Shown here piece after piece: positions 25,184 through 36,505 of a stretch of DNA of 60,000 bases. Location: NCBI RefSeq assembly GCF_037042905.1, contig NC_087251.1, forward strand, positions 27,096,001 to 27,156,000, in the 5' to 3' direction. The translations under genes and the position numbers were made by a program. Numbering within the stretch: position 1 is the stretch's first letter; each line of letters starts with the position of its first letter. The stretch comes from Lytechinus pictus. Taxonomy: Eukaryota. The notes under the pieces are model-generated. The model searched no databases. It had not been told where the DNA came from and was given only the letters and a program-made list of their open reading frames with translations.

Positions 25184-28100
25184 TCTAGGAAATTATTACC
25201 AGCAAACTTATCACCCAATTATTAGCTTTTATTACCCAATTGGACAGACTTTAACCAATAGTTGTGTGGACAGTGTGTTACCCAATGGTGGTTAAAAATT
25301 GGGGCCTTATTTGCCCAACCCTTTTTAGAGTGCATAAAAAAACAACCTATGCGTGTTTTTATGTTATTTTTTTCTTTTAAATGTATTTGTATTGTCAAAT
25401 AGTATTTACATATACGGATAAGGGATGCTGAAGTAAGAAAAGAAAAAAAAATTGTGTTACGTTGAATCATAGTATACTGTATAATTCTACAAACAAATAT
25501 CGAATTGAAATTATATCTATATTACACACTGTAAAAATATTGGGTAAAATTTTTATCACCATGAGGGAAATTATGTGTCCAACTAATTTGGGGCAGTATT
25601 TTTCCCAATGCGGCAAGCATAATTATTGCCCAGTAAGGTTAAAAATTAAGCAGCCATTACTTTAGAATGGGCAAAATTTTCATCACACTGGATAAATAAA
25701 AAAGACCCAGAAGAAATGCCCAACATCTTGAAGCACTTTTACCCAACATTTTTAATGTACTTTTACATCACTCCTCTTTGACAAATCCTCTATAACAGAT
25801 TAAACGCAGCCTATCTTACTGTTTTGTAAATCCCCCAAATACGCATGTCACATTCATTTCTAGATAATTTGAATGTTTCAAAAAGTTATGATGTGGAGAA
25901 TTTGAAATTTAAAACAAAAGGGTTTTACAGGATATACTTTCAAATTTCATATGAAATTTATTATTTTTGTAATTGTTGTTTTTAAATATGCATTTGATTA
26001 TTCCCTATGTATATATACAAACCGCTGTATGTATGCTATTAATAATAGTGCAGACAGAGTCGTTGTAATTATGTAACTGTAAATACTACATTGTGTAGAC
26101 TAGAAATGAATGAATAATAAAATAAAATATTTTTGTTAAATTTATCTTACATACAATATTTGAATCGTTATCTTGTATATATATATATATTTGTATACCA
26201 TGGGTATGAATATATTGTCTTGATTGTATAAATTTTTGTATATTGCATAAACATACGAAGCTTGACCCCATTAGTAGTCTTCAAATATTTTATTGAACAT
26301 TGTTAATTTATATTTGTATTTGATAAATTTTAATCAGTTATTTATTTCAGGGGACTCACATAAACAAGCGAAGCTTTCCAGTGAGTTCCCTTTTTTTTCA
26401 TTTCTGTTATTCATATTGTGTTTTGTTCCTACTTACTTTGTCAATTTGTTTGAAATGAAGAAAAAAATAAATTCAATCAATCAACTACAAGTACATGATG
26501 TATGTATGACGCTTTTCATGCGTAAGTGCGTGGCTGCTTGTATGCATGAAAAGTGACCCTTTGTACTAAAACGTATGCAAAACGGTCTCAAAATTTATGT
26601 GAATGTAAGTATTGTTGAGAGATATTCGCAACAGATATACAGACGCTTTTTGGAAACTAAAATATCTATTGGCAAATGACCTTTATGAAAACGAAGTCTT
26701 TGTCGAGTGTCGGTGAAATGACAAAGACCTCCCGGGTTTTCATTGCGATAGGGTTGATTCTGCGTTGCAGTGCGAAAACTCACTATTGTCATCTGTGGTG
26801 GAACCAACTGCCTTGATCGGGCTCGGAATGGTACCGAAGAACAATGGTCGCGTTAAACTGTTTTCCTTTATTCAGGACTGCACGAATAAATGACGGCATG
26901 ACAACACGGAGAACTAGTTATGGACGTATACATGAACTGAAACAGCTGGGACTCGCAAATTTATGCATTTCAATCTACGGTAGATATGAACTGTGTGTGT
27001 GTGTGTGTGTCAGAATTCGCAAGAGACGAGCATGTACTATTTTTTATAAACAGGGGTTCAAATTGAGTCCAAAATAATACAAGTTTTCGCTTAACTTGTC
27101 ACCAACTGTACCATTTCCAGGACATTATAAGACATTTTTAATTTAAAATAAAGAGGAACAAATTTTGTGTGATAATCATCGATGTGCAAATGAGGGGGGT
27201 GGGGTGAGAGCTTCACAGAATTGGAAAGAGGGATGGCGAACAAGTCAATTGCTTCAGTGAAACAACCAATTTGAACAAACGCACATTCACAATGTGTATC
27301 ACACTGCGGGAAATGTCCTCATTTCACATGGTAAGTATATGTGATATGGAGCATGTCGAATAATCCACACACTGTGAAACACAGTGTAACTGTGTGTTTG
27401 TTAGAATCCCTTACAGAACCCCTTCCTATTTTGGTATTGAACACACACCCTCACACCCTCGCACACATACACCCCTCAAACACACACACACACCGTTACA
27501 AACCACTATAACGTGTGGGATTAAAAAGTGAAAAAATATGAAAAGAACTTGAAGAAAAATGGGTAGTCATAATAAAATAAAATAAAATGGAAAGGAAAGG
27601 AACGCACAAGAAATGTGGTTAGTTAAAAATGGGAGATCGAGAGAGATGGGTGGACGAGTAACGAAATATCTTCTAATTTAATGCACTTTAAAACGCTGTT
27701 TAAAAGTTTAAACACGTTGTTAAGCTTGTCACTCAAACAAGTTTTTTACAGTTTTAAACACGTTGACTGACGTATAAAGTGCTTCAATATTGGTACTGTG
27801 AAGAAGTAAATAAATCTGTAAACAATAAAATAATGTATATTTCAAACAAAAAACAAAAGAAACAGTGTGTGATGGACACCTTCGACTGACTCATTTACAT
27901 GTCATTTATGAAAAATATGCGAAACTTTAAAATACCATGCTTTCTTATTTTACATCCGATTTTGACAGTTTGATTTTTCTCTAATCAACATTTATCTGGG
28001 GTGGACTTGACCTTTAAATTAAAAAGCGAAATTCACCAAGTGTCCTCGTAGCCCCGAGATCTTGTTGGCTTCCGTTCTCCTTGAACATGAAACGATGATT

Positions 28101-28891
28101 GTCGATTCTTGATTTAGATCAAATGTGATATCCCATTCTTCATGGCAAACTTTTCAAATATCTTCTGACAGTACTTTTATATCACCTGTCAAAGATGTTT
28201 ATTGGCTTGTCTTATAGTATTAAAGTATAGACTTGGAACGCCATTCAGTTTCTTCAAAGTCATTGGTAGCGGATTCAAACATATATTAGTCACGTACTTG
28301 AGTCATAAACGAGCAAAGTCGAAACATCTAAGGCCGCTGGTTGGTTGGTTGAGGTGACGAAAATTCATGCAAGATTGGGAAGCCGCTTCTTCTCGTTTAG
28401 TTATTGACGTGTTTTGCTCAGCTTACACTATCCGTTTTTAGGAATTTCATCTAAAAATCAAAAGAACGCTAATTCTGTGAAACATTTTCGTCACCTGATT
28501 ACCGATATCATCTGAAACTGACAAGTTCGTCTCTTTCGTTCAACTGCATGTTACTCTGTAAAATTGACCAAAACCTTCACAAAAACTTCGAACGTTGCAT
28601 CACACGCATTATATCTTGTTACATGTGCTAGTTCTGTCATTTAGCAGGTTTGATGGCTCAGCAACGAACAGATGCTCAAACGCTGCTCAAAAAGCGGTAG
28701 GAGTCTATGGTATCTGAAAACAAAAACTCAAAGGCTCAATTAACGTATTCATTCATTGTAGGGCCTACCAGTGTCGTTTCAACAATCTCTTTTTATTCAT
28801 TAATTTACTTATTTTTTAATTTTGAGCTCTTTCTCATTTTTTTTACCATTGTCAAACACAATATTTTTTTAAAACATTATAGTAAAATATA

Positions 28892-29899
28892 ATGGAAAGC
28901 TACAATCATTCTGGTGGACAGAGCGTGAGTTTGACCATGGATATCGTTGATGTTGCTCGACTAGTTTGCATGCAGGTTTACTGTTGCATCGAAGTTGCTC
29001 TCAACGTTTTCATCCTCATAGTCCTTGCGAATGACCACGACATCGACTTTATCCAGATCGACGTGTATCTTTACAAACTTCTCGCAAAAATTGACATCAT
29101 CTTGTCAATAATTTATGACGCCACATTATCTGCAATTTTCTTGGGTAAATATCTATATATCCCTGTAGTTGCTTGTCTGACAATATCGACTATATGTTTC
29201 TTCATTTTTCAACTCTCTGCCTGGATGTTATGTTCTGTCGCGTTGAACAAATTTATATTCGTGAAGTATCCATTACGGTACCCCAGTATGGTTAAACGCC
29301 GTCAAGTGATAGGCTTTCTGGCAGTTGGTGGGATTGTTTCGCTTCTTGGAGAAATCTGTGTTTTGCCATTTAAGGGGTTTCCATTTGCAGGCTTAGAATA
29401 CTGTTCTGTCCTTGGTATCGTAGAATCTTTTCATGAAACCGCTTCGCCGTCGAAATTTGCATTCATCTTTGTCGTTGTGATCGTTCTCTCTATACCATTT
29501 ATCCCCACAGTACACCTGAACTTTGCACTGATATCCACAGCCGTGAAACTGGCTCGGTCAAATCGTCGAGTAGCAATGATGGGCAACAATCAACTTAACC
29601 AAGACTTGGAGCAAACTCCAGCTGAACATAATAGGAATCGTGTAAAGATAAGAGGTCTCCTATCCGTTAATTACATTCTTAACTTAGCTCTAATTCTGCT
29701 CCTCTCGACAAGTATAGCTACGTGTGTTATTTTTCATCCAGGAAATGTAAGCTATAACGCACTTCTGCTTACTTATGATTTCTTCATGATGTTGTGGACA
29801 TGTAAAATTGGTGTTCTGATCCTAAGCGATGTGAAGATAAGAAAAGCAGCTAAAAGATATTTAGTGTTTGGTCTAAAAATCTTTAGAATATGTGATTGA
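28892..29899 (+). CDS. GPCR cluster copy 6: intact intronless class A GPCR (335 aa)
   Basis: Complete ATG-to-stop ORF; N-terminal NHS sequon; 7 TM; LAKID, SAW..ALNKFIFVKYPLRY, DFFMMLWTCK, SDVKIRK. Confidence 0.9.
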   Translation: MESYNHSGGQSVSLTMDIVDVARLVCMQVYCCIEVALNVFILIVLANDHDIDFIQIDVYLYKLLAKIDIILSIIYDATLSAIFLGKYLYIPVVACLTISTICFFIFQLSAWMLCSVALNKFIFVKYPLRYPSMVKRRQVIGFLAVGGIVSLLGEICVLPFKGFPFAGLEYCSVLGIVESFHETASPSKFAFIFVVVIVLSIPFIPTVHLNFALISTAVKLARSNRRVAMMGNNQLNQDLEQTPAEHNRNRVKIRGLLSVNYILNLALILLLSTSIATCVIFHPGNVSYNALLLTYDFFMMLWTCKIGVLILSDVKIRKAAKRYLVFGLKIFRICD

Positions 29900-31199
29900 A
29901 TCCTCAAAGTAGGCCATTACCAATTTATACAACCTATATAGTAGTATTATCTTAATGGCATGAAAAAAAACACAACGTGCATCAGCATTCACGCATGCGC
30001 ATTCGATAGGTTTAATTCTCCGGTCCAAAGTAAGGTCATGCAGTTACAGTCCTTAATCCTTAATCGCAAAGTCCATACTAACAAAATGCGGAAATCATTG
30101 TGAATATAACATGTACACCTTTCAAACAGAATGGAAGAGTTGAAGAAAGAGAATACGAGGATAACAGTACTCTCAAGAATCATAAAGATTCTGTTCAACT
30201 CGTTTAGCACGTTTTATGAATTATGTTCTTAGGTAATTGGGAGGGACTTTTAACGTAATATTTGAATGATAACACGGGGACTGGTGACAGGTTTAGGAAG
30301 AAAGCAGGACATGGGGCACTGGGAAGCGGTACGGGGGTGCTGGGGGTGCACACCAAAAAACAATCCTTGAGGGTGCAGCACCCCCAGGTATTGTGGTAAC
30401 CAAAATGACTTTCATTTTGTAGTGAAATCCTTTTTTTTTTTTTTTTGCTATTCAAAATTCTCGGGACCAATTTGACCTCCATTTAGTAGTGAAAAACCTT
30501 TTTTATGGGGGGGGGGGGCGCTTCCCAAATTGACATCACGGCACCCCCAGTAAAAAAAATTATTGAATATTGAAATCAGTTGAAAAAAAACTGATGGTAA
30601 GCATGAGTTCATGAAGGTGATAGGAAAAACCAACAACGGAAATGACTAAATTCAAGAAAGAAAACAAACCATATTTCTCTCAAAAAATGAATTGGAATCG
30701 AAATGAAATACCATGATTAACGCAAAGCTTATATACTGAATCTGACACCTGGGTGTATGTTAAAAGGAACGGATGTATTGTAATTGCGCGCATGGATAAC
30801 ATATTCATATCTAAAGACAGGGACCCCGTTCTCAGATCTTCTGAACTGGTTTCCAGAACCACTTCACGTAAAGTGGTCTTGTTGCTGTGGGAACGCTCTG
30901 AGTGGAGCACGACCAACATGTTCGCAATCTCGTACTTTCATGTGAAGATCGCTTCCCGAAAAAGAACTGTGTCCTTATCACCTACGCCTAACCAATTGTA
31001 ACGAGGCAAAACAATCTTGGAAAACCACATCGCGAGTTGGTTTTCCAAAGTGATTTGGAACACAACTTCCAAGACCGCTTCGATTCGAGCGTCCCCATTA
31101 CACGTTAAACTGGTTTCCACTAAACTAGTTTCCAATTAACTAGTTTGAGGACGTAGACGAGAACAGGATCTAAGTTATCATACATAGTGAAACGAACGT

Positions 31200-31338
31200 C
31201 TATTTGAGATAGTACACAATGTAACATCCATTTGACACCTGAATGGAGAGTTGCAAGGACGCTCGGCTGCGGTGGGATCGAAAACACGACCCTCTGTTTA
31301 CGAGTCGAGAACCAGAACCGCTACACCACGACGCTCCC
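31200..31338 (-). mobile_element. tRNA-derived SINE (same family as 4730)
   Basis: Reverse complement GGGAGCGTCGTGGTGTAGCGGTTCTGGTTCTCGACTCGTAAACAGAGGGTCGTGTTTTCGATCCCACCGCAGCC aligns with 4730-4810. Confidence 0.7.
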
Positions 31339-32608
31339 ACGATTAACGCGATTTACTTTGAACGAATCAGAGAGCGACATTTTATGAGTGTAATAACTAG
31401 AGAGAAGAATGAATTTGAAATGCAAATAATATTTAGCATTTACACCCACTCCCTCATGCCACATGGAAGCCTCGATCGATATTGTTGACTTTCATTCTCT
31501 TTCCACACAAATTAAAGCAGTATTTGTTGGTAGGGTGAGATATCACTCGCTATAATAGAAATCCTTAGGGATGTCGTTTCAGTCATTTTCTGACAGGAAA
31601 TTAACCCGTATACCTTGATATTGAATATCAATAATGCCCATTGCTTTTCTTACCCTGTGATGAGCCTTAATACGGTTTTGACAGAATAATTAGTTTGAAC
31701 AGGATATTGCAGTAAATATTAAGTATAAGACAAACAAAAACCCATGAACATCACATCACTGTCATTAATGTGATCGAGATGACAAGGACAGTTGATGTTT
31801 TAAACATTTCAGTGGTCTTTTATCTCTTCTTTCGCAATGATCTGTCACGTGAAAAAGCGGGAGATTTTATGACATCGCCTTTTTTCTTCGAAGTTATGTT
31901 GGCTGTTGTCCTGGAAACTGTTGCAAACTTTAATTTTAAAAATTCTATACTAAACAATATAAATGATCCTCTTTTGAATCAAACTTTACTGGCAATGATT
32001 GTAAAGTAAAACTGTATGTTTCATGGAGGGGGAAAAGATATGTATAACGCCAGACTCCGCTCACTTGTTCGAAGCATACACCGGCACAGCGTATACGCAT
32101 CTTCGGAGTACAAGAAAGTGGTGTTTAGTAGCAGAACCTATGGTAGCAGGATCCTTCAATCAGCTTTCGAATAATGTCTTAAACCTTCTTTAGCTTAACA
32201 GACAGTAGCCAGTAGGTTATTCAGCTGTCCACTCCCGCCTGCCTGTAGGTCAAAAGAATATCACCAGGTTCATAAATATTCAGTGAAACTTAGCGACATC
32301 ATCAAAACCTGGCAATTTTAGCATTTTCGTTCGTTATCATCGTTTGATATAGAATGGTAACTTCAACATAGGTTGTGCGGTGAAACATCATGTTTTGGCG
32401 TCAAGCATTTAAGTAAGCATATTGTATTAGCGAAGTCACAGTTTTCTCTCCCAATGATTACTGTTACGAATGCAACGTATTTGAAATAAGAATGTACCAA
32501 AATTTAGGAAAAAAAACTTTCGTCATCATTATTTATAGAACTCATCAGCTAATTTCATTCGGACTGTTTATCCATAGGCCCCAGTAAATCACAGAAAGTA
32601 AGGTGGAT

Positions 32609-33636
32609 ATGGCTGACATGATGACCACCGCAAATTATTCTTTTGGACAGGATGGAATGTCGGTTGTCGATGTTGCTCGGCTTGTTATCTTGCAGGTCTA
32701 TTTTTGCACCGAAGTAGCTCTCAACGTTTTTATCCTGGTCGTCCTCACAAATGACCGCGACATTGACTTTATCCAGATCGATGCATATCTCTACAAACTT
32801 CTAGCTTATGCAGATATTCTTTCTTCATTCCTGTACAACGCAACTTTTTCTGCAATAATTTTGGGTGGGTATTTTCATATTAATGCAGATGCTTGTGGGA
32901 GTAGTTTGGCCATATTTCTGTTCGCTTTTCAACTGTCTGCTTGGATACTCTGTTCTGTCGCCTTAAACAAATTCATTTTCATCAAGTATCCTCTGAAGTA
33001 CTACAGCATAGTGACCAAGCAGCGAATGATGGGGATCGTTGCAGCGGGAGGGATTCTCTCCCTAGCAGGGGTAATTGGTATTACTCCTTCGAAAGGTTTT
33101 CCATTCGCAGATGTAGATCACTGTTCTCTGGATGAATACTTGCGACATTATAACCAAATCGTTTTATCAGCTCAATTTATATTCGTTGTCATCGTCATAC
33201 TTGGTGTATCTACGCCTATTGTTTTTACCATGAGTTTAAACTTTGCACTTATGTACGTTGCCGTTACACATGCTCGGGCAAATCGCCGATTGACGGCAAT
33301 GGCTCCGAATCAAATTGACCAAAACGAAGCCGAAACTCGAGATGAACATGATCGCAACCGCGTGAAGTTAAGAGGACTCCTGAATGTGTTAAACCTCCTG
33401 AACTTAGCTTTAATTATACTTTTTTCGTCGACCATATTAATTTGTATTACCTACTTCAACCAGATAATGTGAATGTTAAGACCGCCATGTTTATCTATGA
33501 TATTCCAATGCTGTTGTGGATATGTAAAGTTGGTGTTTTGATTGTAAGTGATATGAAAATGCGCACAGCAGCCAAAAGATGCTTATCAGTAGGTCTAACG
33601 TTATGTAAAACCAGAGACACAAGTCTGCAAATCTAA
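32609..33636 (+). pseudogene. GPCR cluster copy 7: class A GPCR with a single frameshift before TM7
   Basis: ATG 32609, open through TM6; frameshift at ~33445-33452 puts LQPDNVNVKTAMFIYDIPMLLWICKVGVLIVSDMKMR in ORF 33442-33636; closest to copy 6. Confidence 0.8.
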
Positions 33637-33767
33637 TGAAACAATTCTACAGACTATTTATTCAAAATGATTAACTGGTATTTGATTGAGCAATACGTTA
33701 TTGATTAACTGAAAACTATGGGACGTTCACCAAAATATAGGCCTTATACTTTACTAAAAATTTTCAT

Positions 33768-34161
33768 TTCCAATTCGTCTAATGCCAATTCATCCAATTG
33801 CCAACTCGTCTACTATCATTTGGTCTACCATCAGTACGTCCTATCACCAGATGCTCTACTTTCATTTGGTCTAATGTAATCCGTCTACTAGCCAGTTGTT
33901 CCAATAGCCATTTAGTCCATATACAATTTGGTCTAATTGGACTAAGTGTTAAATTGTGCAAAATGAATGAAAATGAAATGGATACTAGACCAACTGGTTA
34001 TGAGACGAAATGGTCATAGATGAAATGGTGATTAGACGAAGTGATGATTGGACCAAATGGTTGTTAGACGAAATATTGATGGACGGAATGGCATTAGACT
34101 AAATGAAAGTAGACCATGTGGTGAGTGGACGAGTTGGCAGTTCATGAATTGGCAATTTACC
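33768..34161. repeat. Foldback-type repeat built from ~15-bp sub-repeats in inverted orientation
   Basis: Left half units like CA(T/A)TT(G/C)GTCTA; right half complementary TAGAC(G/C)AA(A/G)TG units; ends TGCCAACTCGTC / GACGAGTTGGCA. Confidence 0.65.
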
Positions 34162-35764
34162 ACTAAAAACTAGCAGTATCTTTGCCTATCCACATATGCT
34201 TTCGTGGCACAACCAATTGTTATCAATGGTTAGTAACATTGCCTGATTAAATCTTTTTCTGCTTATATTTTTAACGTTCAATATACCAGTTAGTTCCACC
34301 TGGTAATTTTAATGCATTATATATTTTGTGTTATGCGATGAAGATATATTGTCTTATTGCAATAAAACGGTTCGTTTAATAAAGCATATATGATGACGGT
34401 AACTCTGCTATAATGGCAACTACCATGGCAAAGTTAGAATTTTGGGAGCCCTGCCTCGAAATGCTCTCAGGGAGAGGCACTCAAGGGGAGATCTTTATTG
34501 ATATTCAGTGACAAACTGCAATGCTGGTAACATTCTATCCTACTGATAATGTAATGAATTTGATCATACAGACCTACTAGTTTATAGAGATCCACATGTA
34601 GCAGTTTATTCTTACAGTTTTACACTATATTCTTGAAAGGTATATTTTTAATGCTTGATAGGCATCAATAGGCCTACTTACTAATTGTAGATCCATCGTA
34701 TAGGTGTGATAAAAAGTCCTAATTTTGGCATGTTTATGAGTATGACTTATTAGGAACATTGTTAATATTACTACCATTATTATTAATATTATTGTTATTA
34801 TAATTATCATTTTGATCATGATGTTATTTTGTTATTATTACTCTTACTATTATTGTTATTATTCTCGAAATGCAGTTATTCTATTATACAATTTCAAGTA
34901 AAATCAACAAGTTATATACAGGAAGAGTCACAAATAGCATATTGGGGACGCACACAACTGTAATAAATATCGACCCCTCTCGTCGATGCAAGTATATAAT
35001 CTCGCATTTATTATTTGTCCTTGTTGAACAGAATTTAATATTTGTACGATATTGCATAGAAATTCCCTAAAAGAGGAGGATCACAACATAGGATCGTAAC
35101 ATATAGAAATAAAAGGAAGACAATATTTGCCACTAAGATAATTTCATATGTTTCGACCATTGTTGGTTGATGTATGAAAACTGAATTTATAAGTAAATGT
35201 AAAATTATGTTAAAAGGTCATGAATTGATGTCTCGCCATGTCAAAAGCATATCTCAATAAATATAAAGAGCAAAAGCGAAAACAATAACTCTTTCGCGAT
35301 CCTTATTATGAGATGGAAAAAAAGATTGGTGTATTTCTTTACAAAAGAAAGGTCGAATAAACCGTCACGCTAGATGAAATTAGGAAGCCAATACTTTAAA
35401 TTTATTAAAATGACTTTATTTCAGAGGCATCATATTCCTTGATTGTATTTTACATGAAATTGTCAAGGGGAAAATTAATTTCAAGATTTCACGAGTGGAC
35501 CTTCGATCCAACGCATGCTGTTTCCGTTCGGTAAAATGAATATTTATAAAGAAAATAGAATTATGAATACCTTATTTGAGAACTTAATTATGAATGGAAT
35601 CGTTACAAATCAAAGAGTTTGAATGCAATTCTGACATTTGAGAACTTATGATTGTGTGGCAGTGTGGTCTGTTTTTGTTGTCATCCCGATTTACATGTCT
35701 ACATATCCAAATAATAAACACCAGTTTTATCATGGAAAGTGCATAAGGCAACTGCTTCTGTGAT

Positions 35765-36505
35765 GACAAGACCCTGGTGATGACTTAAAACTCGTGCAAA
35801 ATGATCAGTTATAGTTGATTATGCTCATGTCCAAGTTTCATGAAATGGACCCATCACTAGCAAAGTTATATTAAAATTTCAAAAACTTAACTTTTGTTAA
35901 GATTTCGATGTTGAAACATGTTCAAAGTTCATTGACCCTAAATGACCTCTTACATTAATCAAGCGACCTGAAATTCGCGCAAAATGATAAGTGATACTTG
36001 ATTAACCTATGTCCAAAGTGCATGAATTACAATAAACTGCATTAACTTTCAAAGTTAAGATGACATTTGAAAAGATACTCAAAATATGGTTAAATTTCAT
36101 TGACCCTAAATAACCTTTGACCTCAATCATGTGACCTAAAACTCACGCAAGACGATCGGTGATAATTTACTCTTATTTCCAAGCTTTATGAACTGAATCC
36201 ATATACTTTCAAAGTGTCATGACATTTCGAAAACGTAAATTTGGTTTAGATTTCAATAATGATGCCCAAAACATGGTCAAAGTTCATTGACCCTAAATGA
36301 CCTTTGAACATGGTCATGTGACCTGAAACTCGTGACTTGATTACCGTTACTGCCAATTTTTATATAGGTCCATATATACTTTTTTAAAGTTATGATGACA
36401 TTAAAAATTTGTTTACCTTTGTTAATATCTAAATGTTGATGCCATCGACGCCATCGTCGGAAAAACAGCGCCTATAGTCTCGCTCTGGTGCAGGCGAAAT
36501 AAAAA
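35765..36505. mobile_element. Helentron/HINE-like element with an internal tandem array (~165-190 bp units)
   Basis: About 4 diverged units containing TCATTGACCCTAAATGACCT and GTGACCTGAAACTCG; ends CCTATAGTCTCGCTCTGGTGCAGGCGAAATAAAAA, like 2456-2695. Confidence 0.55.

Noticed and set aside
14861..33636. Opsins (conserved TM7 lysine)
   Set aside because: Relative to helix 8 the Lys aligns to the NPxxY Asn, about six residues C-terminal of the retinal-binding Lys; no other opsin hallmarks
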